A stretch of 64,000 nt of DNA, taken from the NCBI RefSeq assembly GCF_000143415.4, contig NW_003314364.1, positions 282,479 through 346,478 of the forward strand, in the 5' to 3' direction. This document shows, one piece after another, positions 25,701 to 40,016 of the stretch. The DNA comes from Selaginella moellendorffii (Eukaryota; Plantae; Lycopodiophyta). Each line of letters opens with the position of its first letter. The stretch's first letter is position 1. The position numbers and the translations under genes are program-made. The notes beneath the pieces are model-generated. The model made no database searches. It had not been told where the DNA came from and saw only the letters and a list, made by a program, of their open reading frames with translations.

Positions 25701-28569
25701 GCCAAAAGCAAGAAGTAAAGGGATAGAACCGATCCATAGGAATCAAAAGGCATAACCAAGGTTGGTTATGCCAGCTGGGAGTGGAGAATCAAGTGGGGGC
25801 TCGAGGGTGTTGCCGCTAGCAACCGTGATGCCATGGAGAGTCTAAAATATGGAATTGTCCATGTTAGACTATATGGCAATTGGAAAGCTTGCGAAAGGAG
25901 AGGCCTTAGCAAGCTAAAGGGACAGAGTTCCTTCGAAAGGTTCCCAAAGACAATTCGAGGTAATTGGATACCTAGAAAGCCAAGTGTAAATGGTTCATAG
26001 AACGCGCGAAATCAGAGTGGCGCAGCAGAAGCGTGGTCTTGAAGCTTGCCATGAGGCGAGGCTATCAAGGTTTGGGAAGTAGTCCCCGAGTGTTCAAAGA
26101 GAGGGCTTTGAACGAAAGTTGATGGTTAAGGACTTTCACGCTTATGCATGAACCATGTTACAGTGGCCGGATGACTTGCTAAGTGAAATTGGCAAGTCGA
26201 AGGGAACAAATACCCTAGTTGAAGGTGCTAACTTCAAAAAAGGGTGGCCCATGGGGCCAAGCATGGAGGAGTCCATGCATGATCACAGACATGTCAAGTG
26301 AGAGGACTTGGCAGTGTGGAGGAACTAGGTTCCTAAGCTGTGATCTGTAGCGCGCTTTAAAAATAGGTTGGTGCACCGGCGTGAGGAGTCACGCCAGGCA
26401 TCCGGTGTGATGCCGTCCGTAGCTGCATATACGGAGGTTGGGTTCGAGTCCCGACCCTCTAGTGCTTGGGTTCGAGTCCCAAATCACTAGGGCGTGGTGA
26501 TGGTTTGGAATATGAGGACACTCATATTTCGGTGGTCATGGACTCTCAGTGGGGAGACTGGTTTGGGCACACCGCCAAGCGAGGGATGCCTCGGAGTCGT
26601 GATGCACGGTTAGATTGCTTAGTGTGAAAGCTTAGCATATCTAACTTGAACGCTTTGGTGCAAGTGGCACCAAGGTCGTGGTGAGTGAGATGGGGACACC
26701 TAATCTCAGTTGCTATGAACCCTTGGCCGTAAGGGCTGGCTTGGGTGCACCGCCAAGTGTGGGGGATGCCCTCGGGGTTATAGTCAACAACTTGGAGGTC
26801 TAGAAGACCAAGTACCTCTTGGCAACTCTGTTAAGGTGCCAAGGTGAGATCACTAGGTGATTTTATGGCCAGATAAGGACAAGGTCCTTGGTTGGCTAAG
26901 GAATGAAGTTCCTGGTTCAAAATGTTGGAATTGAACTGTTTAAGGTGGTGTGGCTTGGTCGTGATGACCAAGTGGGAAGAGCACCTAAGGGAAATAAACT
27001 ATGTCCGTGCGATGGCATAGTGAGTCCGAGGAAAGTAGTCTCTATAAAAGACCCATGGGAGGGTCACGAAGTTGGGCCGTGGATAGAGCCCATAGCAGAA
27101 GATGCTAAAGAGACGTACTAGGGGTGAACATCCTCCGGACTTGGCAAAGAAGAGTCTTTGCTATGGAACTGAAACAATACCTCAAGAAGGGAGGTAGAGA
27201 TTCGATGTTGCTTGGTGCAACAATCAACGGATAGGAGCAAAAGATGAGTGGCCAAGATAGGGCCGTGGAATCCCTTGGAAGGAATCCAAGTGACAAAGTT
27301 AGGCGAGGAACACTAATGTGTTGGACGCTAACAAGTTGCGGGAAAGGAAGTGTGTTTCCAAGGAGGGATTCCGAAATGCTCCGATTTGGCGAAAGTGGAA
27401 GCTCCAAGGGAGGGAGCGGTAAGGTAGCCAAATGATAGGGCCATGAACAGCCCTAGCACAAAGTATGATAACTGGAACTTTGGCATGAAATAGAAGAGAG
27501 GATGATGGTGCCCTCGAGTAGAGAACTTCCTAGGATGGGAAGTGGAGTTGCACAAAAAGGTGCAAGGCAAGGTGTCGGAGACACCTAGGAAATTGACTCC
27601 AAGAAGTCAAAATTCAAAGTTCCAAAGTGCAAATGTTATATCGATGGAAATCGAGACTACTCGAGAAGGAGTAGTGGGATTGACTTGGAGAAGGGTCTCT
27701 AAGAGGTTTAGCGAGAACTAAACCAATAAAAGGAGAGAACCTCTACATGTGGTCCAATCAATCTCTAAGTTGGAGAGACTACCCTCCTTAGAGGATAGGC
27801 AAGGCATGGTGAGCCTTTGGTGTCAAACCATGGAGGCCTATGCAAAAGGCATGGTGAGCCTTCAATGTTAAACCATTGACGAATATGGAGAAGGCATGGT
27901 GAGCCTTCAATGTCAAACCATTGACAAATATTGGCTAGGTGCCAAGGATGGAAATGGTAACACACGCGAGTGTTACTTTACAAAATGGTTTACCGTTCGA
28001 TGAGGACATCGAACTTCGTCTATGGGTGGTGGAGTTGTGAGACACAAAATCCCTAGGCCCCAAAGTGGAGCCGGAAGGGCGCCACGTGGTAGTGGCCGAA
28101 GCGAGAGCCAAACGAGCGTAACACGTTTGGACCAAAAGCTCCGACTTGAAAAGTCAAGAGCGGGAGTGGAACTCCCAACGAAGTGCTCGAGGAACAAGCA
28201 CGAAGCGAGCAAAAAGCAAGGCTCCAAAAAGGGACCCAAAAGGACCAACACATGACACGTGGAAGTGTCCGAGATGGACCCGAGTTGGAGTCCGAAGTGG
28301 AGTCCGAGATGGACCCGAGTTGGAGTCCGAAATGGAGTCCGAGATGGACCCGAGTTGGAGTCCGAAATGGAGTCCAAGATGGACCCGAGATGGAGTCCGA
28401 GATGGACCCGAGATGGAGTCCGAGATGGACCCGAGATGGAGTCCGAGATAGACCCAAGATGGAGTCCGAGATGGAGTCCGAGATGGACCCGAGATGGAGT
28501 CCGAGATGGACCCGAGATGGAGTCCGAGATGGAGTCCGAGATGGAGTCCGAAGTCGAGACCGAGACCGG

Positions 28570-28601
<32 letters not shown>

Positions 28602-29716
28602 TCGGGACCGAGACCGAGACCGAGGCCGAGGCCGAGACCGAGCCCGAGCCCGAGTCCGAGTCCGAGTCCGAGTCCGAGTCCGAGTCCGAGTCCGAGTCCG
28701 AGTCCGAGTCCGAGTCCGAGTCCGGAGCCTGAGAGGGTGAAAGCCCAAAGCGTTCGTCTCCCAGACCCTGGGGGGTTTGGTGAGCTCCAAAAGTATAGTA
28801 GGGGGAGGACTGCAGTGGAGCCAGTTTGGCCAGGAAAGGCCAGTTTGGCCCAGGAAGGCCGGACCCAGTGTTGGGTGATGAGCTGCCCACTGGGAAGTCC
28901 AAGACTAGAGTGAACACAGACCGACAAGCGGGGTAGCTTGGTGAAGTGTTCAAGAGCCGGCTCTAGTTCCCCCGGGAGATCGACTGGCCGATGCTCCCAG
29001 TCCAAGTGTGGGTGGCACTACCTACTTGGATACCTGGTGTGGCTCAACGGAACCCGCTCTAAGCCCATGGCTAGAGCACCTAAAGGCGAAAGGCGAGGAG
29101 AGTACCCAGGTGGCTCGCGTAAGGCCACGGTGTTCCGAAATGTTGTCCCGAAGGCCCAGACTGTGGAAAGGAAGAGGAACAGTCCTCTGGGGTAGTGACC
29201 AAGGACACAGTCGTGTGGTGAGGAAGTCCCAGAGGACCGTGGGACTTAGTGGTCGGGCCTGTGGGTCTCGATCCAGTGGCAGTGTTGGCAAACATGGCCA
29301 GGGGCAAAAAGGGACTTAGTGGGAACTGACAGAGGGATATTGGGGAAGGTTATTCCCCTTGTCGGTGGGCATCCTAAGGATGCTAAGGAGTGGATTTGAG
29401 ATGACCACTCACGGATGGTTTGCCTAGTCTTGGAGAGCCAAGACTGTGATGCAAGTGGTATTGGACTACCAGTGTGGCAAAGGTGCCTTAGCGTAACGGG
29501 CTGCCATGTCGGTGGTACCTTTGAGTGTCGGTCATGGGATCGGACACGTGGAGCACTTGGACCAAGTGCAAATGTTGAGGGGCATGGATGCCCTTCTCGG
29601 GGCTAGCAAGTCCCAAGTCCTGGATTGGACTTATGGAGGTTGTGAATGAGACTCCTCCAAGTGGTCGGAAGTGTGGTTAAGTGACTAAAGTAGAATGGAA
29701 AATTTAGTCGCTTACA
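22223..29716 (+). mobile_element. young non-autonomous LTR retrotransposon (family 1, LARD-like) nested in gag
   Basis: LTRs 22223-23885 and 28036-29716 almost identical, PBS TGGTATCGGAGC at 23889, PPT 28022-28035, perfect TSD ATATG, 4.1-kb internal region without long ORFs. Confidence 0.95.
22456..22892. repeat. hexamer-based tandem array (GAGTCC/GAGACC/GAGATG) inside family-1 LTRs (also 28269-28723, 39540-39870, 40305-40760)
   Basis: Directly visible. Source of the many overlapping low-complexity ORFs. Confidence 0.95.
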
Positions 29717-29719
29717 ATA

Positions 29720-32700
29720 TGGCAAGAGGAAATTCAAGAAGAGTTTCTCTAAGAATGAGTCCTCAAGGTTCCTGAAAGGCAAATCTGGTGGCCAACAAGC
29801 AAGTACATGGGGGAGTCAAGCAAAAAGAGACAAACCCACGGATAAAAAGGTCAAGTCTGCTAGTAGCATGGGAAATAACGTATGCTTCAACTGCAGTGAA
29901 GTGGAACACTCTTTGAGGGAATGTCCATATCCGAAGAAGGCCAGAGCCAAAATGGCCATTAAGTCAGGTGAAATCCAAACTAAGATACGTGATCCAATTC
30001 CTAGCTCAAAGTTACTCATTACACGAGCAACTTTGGTAAAGAGTTGTTCACGATAGCTACTAACCCTTCGAGCGAAGCTCGCGGGTAGCTTTGTTAAAAT
30101 CTTTATTGACACGGGTGTTTCGGATAATTTTGTGGCTATAGACATAGTCTAGTAAGCCAGACTAATGGTGCAGTGGTTGGGTGAATCAAGGATTATATAT
30201 TTTGTTCAAGGTAGCCAAAACACTGATGAGGTACTTCGACAAGCAAGAGTCGAAGTAGGGATATGGAAAGTAGACATGGATTTCACCATGTTGGATATGG
30301 CAGGATTTAATGTAATCTTTGGGATGGATTGGTTCAATCGATTTGTCATAGCCCTGCATGGACAAAGTAGAAACCTTGTGGTATTGGTGAATGGCCGAGG
30401 AGAATGATCCAGGGTGGAGGCTTAGGATCTAAAGGTAAGGCAATGTAAGGCCAAAGACTCTTGTTTGAACCTGGTGTCCACAAGAAGACAACTCACTAAA
30501 GGAACTAAGGCACCATTTCTGTGCTTATTCTCAATGAGGAGTGATAAAAAGACAGGATCAAAAGAAGTGCCTTTGGTGATCCAGCAGGTCTTGGATCAAT
30601 TCCAAGATACCATGCCGGAGGAGCTACTGGTGGGGTTACCCCCTGAACAACCAATAGGACATAAGATTGAGCTAGTCGAGGGTGCTAAGGCAGTGGTTTG
30701 TCCCCCCTATTGGTTGAACGAAAAGGACCTTAAGAAGCTCAAACGCCAACTTGAGGAGTTGGTGGAAAAAGGGTATGTTAGGTTGAGCAAGTCACTGTAT
30801 GGTGCACTAGTGTTATTTGTGAAAAAGAAAAATGGATCTATGCGTATATGTATAAGCTACCAGTTGCTCAACAATTATGCAAAGAAGAACAAATACTCTT
30901 TACTAAGGATTGAGGACTTATTCGATAAGTTAGGAAACGCAAAATATTTTTCGAGGATCGACCTAAGGTCAGGATACTACCAGATCAGGGTAGCAGAGGA
31001 AGATGTCGAGAAGACAACTTGTTGAACAAGGTATGGAAGCTTCGAGTTTCTAGTAATGCCCTTTGGGCTATGCAATGCACCAGCTCCCCTATTGGTGTTA
31101 CCAGACTTTGGTAAGGATTTTGAGGAAGAAACGGATGCTTTAGATTTTGCATTGGGCATAGTGTTGAAGCAAAACAACCATCTAGTAGCATTCTTCTCGA
31201 AGAAGTTGGCCAAGGTTTAGCAGAAGTGGCCTGCCCACGAGAAGGAATTGTTTGCGGTGGTCACGGCGCTCAAGGAATGGTGACACTACCTTGGGAAACA
31301 CTTCAAATTTTACATGGATAATATAGCAACGAAATACTTCTTGTTACAACCTGACCTAAGAGGGAAACAAGGTTGGTGGGCTAATGCTTTGGCCGAGTTT
31401 GATTACAAGATTTTGTATAAACCTAGGAAGAGCAACATTGTGGTGGATGCTCTAAGTCGAAAAGCAAGTTTAAAGTTGGCAATATCCAGCACAAAAGTAA
31501 CCTTTTGGGATGATGTGCGAATAGCATATGAGAATAATGGTTTAGCATAAGAAGTGTTGCTAAGGAACCAAGAGGCATGGGAAGCTCACCAAAGAGGTGA
31601 GTTTCCAATGGAAGAAAAAATAGCTATGTAGAATGCAATGGACTCATTTATTATAAACAAACGAGGGTGTATGTTCCAGAATGGAAATTAAGGAAGGTAG
31701 CCTTAGAAGAATGTAATGACAAACCTCTTGCAAAACATGGCAGAGTGCCCAAGACGATAGGCTTACTCAAGAGGAAGTATCACTGGCCAAATATGGCTAA
31801 GGATGTCCAAGACTATGTAAAGACATGTCCAACATGTCAACAGGTTAAAGCCGTGACTAAGGCTAGTGGGGGTTTGTTAAAAAACATCTCAATTCTAGAC
31901 TATCCATGGAAATGTCTTATGATAGACTTTATCATGAGACTCCCCCTAAGTAAGGGGTTCGATGCGATATTCGTGGTAGTGAACCAATTTTCAAAGATGG
32001 CATATTTCATACTTACAACAACGGAAGTGGATGAGGAAGGGGCAAAACTGTTCTTCGAACAAATAGTTCATGTGTGGGGAAGGCCAGAAGAGATTATTTG
32101 AGATCGATGCAACGTGTATATACATTTCTCCAAGTCCCTTAGGGACTGATACAAAAAACAAGAATCCTTTAGCGCTGTTCACTCAACTACGCTGTCCTGC
32201 AATTCTCCACCTAATAATGATCGCTGCCCTCCAATCGTGGCTGCTGTGGTCGTCGCCTCCGCAGTGCATCCAGTGCCAGATTGCCACGTCGAGCCTCCTT
32301 TGTTACCGTGTCCGAAGGTCTCCATTTCCACTTGACCTCCCCCTCGTGTTCAGTTCCGTAGCACGGAGTCCATAGTCGTCGCCAAGCTGTGAGTGCCTCC
32401 CTATTTTTCCCATGCTCCTGGAGCATCGTATCCCTCAAGCGGATAGCAGCCAGTGTGAGCCTCCACCAATTCGCCATGATCGCTGAAATCCGAGCCTACT
32501 GCCCTTCGAAGTGGTTGCGGTTCTGAGCCTCCCAGAGTGCCTGTACCCCAGAAGCCCACCATACCTCCCATCTCGCCCGTCCAAGGGCCTCCCACACTGT
32601 AGTCCCAACTTCGGCGCCTACCGCGTCCCACCTAACTCGGGTGCCCCATCCTGAGCGTCCCTAACACCTGATCTTCCGCCAAGCTGCTCCTGTGCATGGT

Positions 32701-33880
32701 CCCCTTGCCTCTGGAAACCACTGGGTGACATCCCCTTCTCGAATTTCGAAGTCCTGCTTGTCCCCTAGTTCCCTCGTCGCTTTTGCTACCGGCCGCCACG
32801 TCTCCTTGGCCACGTCACAATCCCAGAGGAGGTGTGTGACCGTCTCCAGTTCCCCGCATTCCGGACACCTGCGAGCATTCTCCGCTTGAAATCGCTGGCC
32901 TACTGGCAGATTATTTGAGATCGAGATAAGATCCTCACTAGTACTTTCTGGAGGACTCTCCTAAAATAATATCACACCAAGTTGAAATTCAGCATAGCCT
33001 ATCACCCACAGACAAGTATTGGGTATTAAGTCACATTTAGTGGCACTAACACTTCTTGACACATGGACAAGCAAAAAAGGTGAATCGGCAGCTGGAGGAT
33101 TATTTGCGATGCTATATCTCCGGAGACCAAATTGATTGGGTAAGTCATTTGGGACTTGCGGAAATGTGCTTTAACAACTCACTATATTTGAGTATTGGGG
33201 TGAGTCCATGGGAAGTCATCAATGAGCAAGCTATTGAAGGTCTTGTGGAACTTGGTGTGGCCGAGTATCATGGAGAGTTACCCATAGTGGAGGCATTCAC
33301 GGTGGAAAGACTCAGCATTTGGAATATAGTGAGGGATTCTTTGAAACGGGCTCAATAAAGGCAAACCAAGTATGCAAACCAGAAGCACCGGGATGTTGAG
33401 TTCCAACCTGGGAAGAAGGTGTAGTTGAACACCGAGAACTTAAGTCTACCAAGTGGGATCAGTCGAAAGTTGACCCAAAGGTAAAAATGCATGTATTCCT
33501 AGAAATGAATTGATCTTGAGTTCCTTAAGCAGGTTTGTGGGGCCTTATGAGATTGAGGCACAAATTGGTAAGGTGTCTCTTGGTCCTTGTGAAGCAGATC
33601 CTCAAAGTATGACTTCAGTAAATTCACATGAAACATATGGTGCATCCTCCCCGTCTCTCAAGGAAGTCAGAGGCAATATAAAACCTTTACCTGAGGTTAT
33701 CCAAGGGGAAGAGGAAGTTGAGGCTATCCTCAATGCGCACAAGAGCAAACAATAAAGACAGGAAATGAGGGAGTTCTATGTGAAAATGAAAAAATTTTCA
33801 CACTGTGAAGCAACATGGGAACCGGAGGAGAACCTAGCGAATGTGTGGGATCTAGTGGAAGAATTTTTGCAAGGTAGAAC
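29720..33880 (+). pseudogene. gag zinc knuckle-protease-RT-RNase H-integrase-chromodomain remnants
   Basis: [49 protein letters not shown]...CPTCQ, YHPQT, EVEAIL...EATWEPEENL. Many stops, and much of RT is deleted. Confidence 0.9.
32108..32907 (-). mobile_element. 5'-truncated L1-like LINE inserted in integrase
   Basis: 17-bp TSD AGATTATTTGAGATCGA (32091-32107, 32908-32924). Homologous to 45096-46020. zf-RVT CPECGELETVTHLLWDC. Confidence 0.85.
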
Positions 33881-35871
33881 TCTATATACTTATGCAAAGT
33901 TCAATTAAAGAATCTATTTTGAGAAATTGAACAATGTCATATGTTGGGACTTGAAGGCGCACTGAAGTTAAGCTAATTAACATGGGATAGCTAGGTCGAC
34001 CAGGCATAGGGAACTATACCCAACTCTCCACGGGGATGCCAAATCCGTAAACGTATTCTATGGAGGTTGGGTTTGAGTCCCAACCCTCTAGTAAAGCAAG
34101 GCTGAGTTCAAGTCCCAACCTCATACTAGGGCATCGTGAGGGGAGGGGTATAGAGACACCTATATTCCGTTGTTATGGGCTTTTGGCCGGGGAGGCTAAC
34201 TTAGGCACACTGTTAAGTGAGGGGACGCCTCAAAGACATGGTCAACAAGTTGTAGGATTAAAAAGAGGCGTTCAATATGGGCATCAAGCTTCTTCTATGG
34301 GTGGTGGAGTTGTAAGGAACCAACTCCCCAAGGTGTTGAAGGCTAAATGATCCCTGAAAGTATGAGCAAAATGATAAAGAGTTCATCGGATGAGACCGAG
34401 TCCAAGATTGAGTCCGCAATTGATTCTAAGACCGAGTTCGAGACTGAGTCCGAGATCGACTTGGAGACCAAGTCCAAGATCGACTTGGAGACCAAGTCCA
34501 AGATCGACTTGGAGACCAAGTCCAAGATCGACTTGGAGACCGAGTCTGAGATTGACTTGGAGACCGAGTTCGAGACCAAGTTTGAGATCTGAGATCGGGT
34601 CCGAGACCGAGTCCAAGTTCGAGTTTGAGACAGAGTTCGAGGTCAGGTCCTAGACCAACTTGGGGACCGAGTTCAAGACAGAGGCCAAGATCAATTCCAA
34701 GACTGAGTCCGAGACTAACTTGGAGACCAAGTTCGAGACAGAGGCCGAGATCGACTTTGAGACCAAGTTTGAGATCTGAGATCGGGTTTGAGACCAAGTC
34801 TGAGATCGAGTTCGAGACAGAGTTCAAGGTCGGGTCTGAGATCGAGTTTGAGACTGAGTCCGAACGAGGTTGAGTTTGAGATTGACTACGAGATCAAGTC
34901 TGAATACTAATACAGCTCATGGGGTGAAAGCCCAAAGTGTGTGTCTCCTGAGGGGGGGCGGGGCTGCAGGGAATTCCAATAATATAGTAGGGATAGTGAG
35001 GTCTAGGAACTAGTCTTGAAAGAACTCTCTAGTGGTGTTTCCAAACTGACTTGAGGTTGAGATTGGGGCAAAAGGGCCTTGGGTGGGAGTGAGCATGGAC
35101 TCAGGTGGTGCTGGAGAGGCCACCCAAGGAAGTGCTCAAGAGCAGTTCCCACTCCCGGAAGGGAAACCGACTGTGGTAGCTCATGTAGAGTGGTGCTTCA
35201 CTTATACCTTGTGGCTTCTTGGTCTTTGCCCTTCCTAGGGGCTTGGGCCTTCCCTTCGGGATGGAAGTGGGGGAGTAGGGGTACCCATACCGGGTTTTTA
35301 AGCCACGGTGTTTCCACCCGGCGTCCCGAAGCAAGTGTTGCACCTAAGGCTTGGGATTTAAAGTGTCTCATGATCAAGTCTTTTTGTACTAAGGGATGTT
35401 AGAAACTTGGAGGCTTGGTGTGCTTGGCTGCTTATTCCTGCGGGGAATGTAGTTGAACCTTAAGTTTAGTCTAACCTATGGAGTGGGATTGGGAGAGATT
35501 TGGGAATTTGTGGATGGATGGCTAACACTCCAGTGCTTGTGCAATAAGTAGTTGAAATTAAGTAGGACCAAGTAGAAACTAGTATAATAAGCAGGAACCT
35601 TGGCAAAGGAACTTAGCTAAGGCCAAGGCAATGTTGGTTGGATAGACGAGATAAGCTGGCAAATTGGAAAGGAAAAATTTGTGGCTTACATTTAGTTACT
35701 CATTGCAAGAGAAATGAGCCATCCATCCACAGATTTCTAAATTTTCTTTTAATTTTCTTTTCTTAATTTTCTTTTCTTCTCTTTGGGTTAGACTATGCTT
35801 AAGGTTTGACTACACTCCCACAAACACAAATAACCAAACACACTAAGCCTCCAAGTTCCTAACATCCTTTA

Positions 35872-37736
35872 TGTAAGTAACTAAATTTTCCATTTTACTT
35901 TAGCCACTTATCCATACTTTTGACCACTTGGAAGATTCTCACTCATGAACTCTATAATTCTTATTTTTGACTTAGGGATATACTAGCCTCGTGAATGGCA
36001 TGTATGTCACTCAACCTTTGCACTTGGTCTAAGTGCTCCATATGTTTAATCCTATGATCGACACCCAAAGGTACCATTGACATATCAGCCAATTACACTA
36101 AGGCTATGCCCATTCACCCTTGTTACATTGGTAGTTCAAGACTATCTGCATCATAGTTTGTCTTTCAAAAATTGGGCCATCCATCCATGAATGGTTATCC
36201 CTTGACAACACCTTAGTGCCCTTAGGATGCCTAGAGACATAGGGAACACCTTTCCTTAATGTCTCTTCTTCCATCCCCACCAAGTCCCTTTTCATCCATG
36301 GCCATGCTCACAAGGCTGGGTAGTTTTTGAGTTGAGCTCAAGTCAATGAAAGTCAATAAAGTCCACCAAATACAAAAGTTGATATTTAAATGATTGGTTC
36401 AGGATGAACCAACAATTCTATTCAAAACTTAAGATATATTTTCAGTCCAAGAAAAAGCTAAATAATATAAGTCCAATAAGAAAATAAATATCACAAGTCA
36501 AAGAAGAAACTCTATATTACTACTAAAAATTTTGACCAAAAAAAAAATTAAACTTAGTCTTCCTCAACATCCACATCCACAAAAGGAGTTCGTATAGTAT
36601 TATGCTTTCTAACTGTGGGCTTTTATTGTATATGAGTTTATGCCATTGCTGTAAGCAACTAAATTTTCCATTCTACTTTAGTCACTTAACCACACTTTTG
36701 ACCACTTGGAAGAGTCTCACTCACAACCTCCATAAGTTTTATTCCGGACTTGGGGCTTGCCAGTCTCGAAAATGGCATCGCTACCACTCAACTTTTGCAC
36801 TTGGTCGAAGTGCTCCACATGTCCAATTCTATGACTGACACCCCAAGGTACCACCGAATATTAGCCTGTTATGCTAAGGCCATGCCCATTCACCTTGGTC
36901 ACATTGGTGGTCCAACACCACCTGCATCAAAGTTTTGTCTTTCAAAGACTGAGCCAAATCCAAATCCGAGTCTAAGTTCAAGTCCGAGTCTAAGTCCAAA
37001 TACTAATACAGACTGTTGGATGAAAGCCCAAAGCAATTGTCCCCTAGGGGGGGGAGGAGGGGTTCCAAAAATATAGTAGGGAAAGTGTGGGGGTTGAACC
37101 CTAGTGGACCCAATTTGGCTAGGAAAGGCCAGTGTGACCCATGAAGGCTATACTTAGTGAATATGGAAAGACAAGTGGGGTAGCTTGGTGAAGTGTTCAA
37201 GAGCTGGTTTTAGTTCCCCTGGGAGATCGAATGGTTGATGCTCCCAGTCCAAACGTGAGTGGCACTACCTACTTAAATACTTAGCGTGGCTCAATGAAAC
37301 CTTGCTCTAAGCTCATGGCTAGAGCACCCAAAGGTGGAAGGTGAGGAGAGTACCTATGAGGCTCACGTAGAGCCACGGTGTTCTGAAATGTTATCCCAAA
37401 GTCCCAAATGGTGGAAAGGAAGAGGAGCAGTCCTTTGGTGTACTGACCAAGGATGCGGTCAGATGACAAGGAAGTCCTAGAGAACAAAAGGACTTAGTGG
37501 TTGGGCCTATGGGCTTTGATCCAATGGCAATATTGGCAAACACAGCTATGGAAAGAAAGGAACTTGGTGGGGACTGGAAAAGAGATATTGGGGAAAGTTA
37601 TTCCCCATGTTTATGGGCATTCTAAGGATGCTAAAGAGTGGATCTAAGATGATCTCTCAAAGACAGATGGCCTAATCCTTGAGAGATAAGACTGTGATGT
37701 AGGTGGTGTTAGACCACTAGTGTGACCAAGGTGAAG
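35872..37736. mobile_element. degenerate family-1-like LTR fragments in both orientations (35872-36310 -, 36650-36947 -, 36950-37736 +)
   Basis: TGTAAG(C/T)AACTAAATTTTCC starts and homology to the 22223 LTR. Confidence 0.7.
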
Positions 37737-38542
37737 GTCGCATTGACACCACTGATTTACTTTTAGGTGTCTTTCCTACTTAGTCACTTTGACCAAGTCA
37801 CACCATTACCAATAGTTTGAATCACCACTTTGAACTAGGAATTTTATTTCTTAACCAAACAAGGACTTTGTCTTTATTTAGCCAGATTCTGGGGAATATC
37901 CATTGAAAATCTAGTGGGAGTATTTGATTTTATGTGTAGAATATGCATTTTTACCCAAGGAATATTCATTTTCACGCAGGGAATACATGTCTTTATATAG
38001 AGAATATCCAATATTATATGTAGAATATTCTACCAGGACCAATAAGGTAACACTATATGTCCTATTTTCATGCATTACAGACTCTCACACAATATAGACT
38101 CTTTTTCATGGAGCATCAATTTACGAATAATATGCCATAATAAGAACTCTCTCACTACAATTTTTTTTGCCAAGAATCTTCCTAGGGATCTCTTCTTTAA
38201 CAGGTCTTAATGTGGGGGGTTTGAAGTATAATAAAGAAAACCTAAAAAGTGTTTTTGAGCCATATTGGGTTTGGGTAGGCTTCTCAAAGAACTGCTCAAA
38301 AATAATTCTCACTTCTAAAAAGGAAATCAATTGTTGTGCTCTTGGAATAATGCCTCATGTAAATACTATAAAGTTTATTGGTCCTTAGCTCCTTAAGAGG
38401 CTTAAACTTTTATTCTTATCTACATCATGCCCTTGAAACCACCTCATACAACAAAAATATTCAATAACACTCTTTACAAGTACACTAAACTTCTAATTTC
38501 TTAATATTCTTTAGTACAATAAGATTTAATTATGAAACATTA

Positions 38543-40016
38543 TGTAAGCAACTAATTTTTCCATTCTACTTTAGTCACTTAACCACACCTCCGACCACTT
38601 GGAGGAGTCTCACTCACAACCTCCATAAACCCTACTCTGGACTTGGGGCTACCTAGCCCCGAGGATGGCATCCATGCCACGCAACCTTTGCACTTGGTCC
38701 AAGTGCTCCACGTGTCTGATCCCATGACCGACACCCCAACATACCACCAACATATCAACCCATTACACTATGGCCTTGCCCATTCACCTTGGTCACACTG
38801 GTGGTCCAACACCACCTCCCTCACAATCCCGTCTCTCAAAGTCTAGTCTATCTGCCCAGGAGTGATCATCCCAGATCCACTCCTTAGCATCCCTAGGATG
38901 CCCGCAGACATGGGGAATAGCCTTCCCCAAAATCCTTTTTCCAATCCCTACTAAGTCCCTTTCTATCCATGGCCATGTTCGCTAACACTGACACTTAATC
39001 AAGGCCTATAGACCCAACCACTAAGTCTCATGGTCCTCTGGGACTTCCTCACTACATGACCATATCCTTAGTCATTACACCAGAGGACTACTCCTCTTCC
39101 TTTCCACAATCTGGGACTTTGGGACAACACTTTAGAACACCGTGGCCCTACGCAAGCCTCGGGGGTACTCTCCCTGCCTTCCGCCTTTGGGTGCTCTAGC
39201 CATGGGCTTAGAGCGAGGTTCTATTGAGCCATGCCAGGTATCCAAGTAGGTAAAGCCACCCACACTTGGACTGGGAGCATTGACCATTTGATCTCCCGAA
39301 GGAACTAGAGCCGGCTTTTGAACACTTCACCATGCTACCCCACTTATCGGTCCGTATTCACTCTAGCCTTAGACTTCCCAATGGTCATCCCATCACCCAA
39401 CAGCTGGGTATGGCCTTCTTGGGCCAAACTGGCCTTTCCTGGCCAAATTGGCTCCACTGGGCTCCAACCCCCACACTCTCCCTACTATACTTGGGACGAT
39501 CGCTTTGGGCTTTCACCCAATGGCCTGTATTAGTATTCAGACTCAGACTCAGACTTGAACTCGGACTCGGACTCGATCTCAGTCTCGGTCTCAGTCTTGG
39601 ACTCAGGCTCAAACTCGGTCTCGGACTCGGCCTCGGACTCGGACTCAATCTCAGTCTTGGTTTTGGTCTCGGTTCCATCTCGGACTCCATCTTGGGTCCA
39701 TCTGGGACTCCATCTCAGGTCCATCTCAGACTCCATCTTGAGTCCAGCTCGGACTCCATCTCGGGTTCATTTTGGACTTCATCTTGGGTCCATCTCGAAC
39801 TCCATCTTAGACTCCATCTCGAACTCCATCTCAGACTCCATCTCTCACTCCATCTCAAGTCCATCTCGGACACTTCCACATATCATGTGTTGGTCCTTTT
39901 GGGTCCCTTTTTAGAGCCTCGCTTATTGCTCGTTTTGTGCTCATTCCTCAAGCACTTTGTTGGGAGTTTCACTCCCACTCTTAACCTTTCAAGTCGGAGC
40001 TTTTAGTCCAAACATG
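38543..40016 (-). mobile_element. family-1 LTR, reverse, missing its first 86 nt
   Basis: Reverse complement of the 22223/40108 LTR from its 3' end to LTR nt 87. Confidence 0.85.

Larger units (their letters stand above)
20129..35690 (+). mobile_element. Ty3/gypsy chromovirus (family 2), degenerate, with nested insertions
   Basis: LTRs 20129-21255 and 34311-35690 (TGTAAGG...GGCTTACA), PBS at 21259, PPT ATGGGTGGTGGAGT, gag-pol remnants. Confidence 0.9.
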
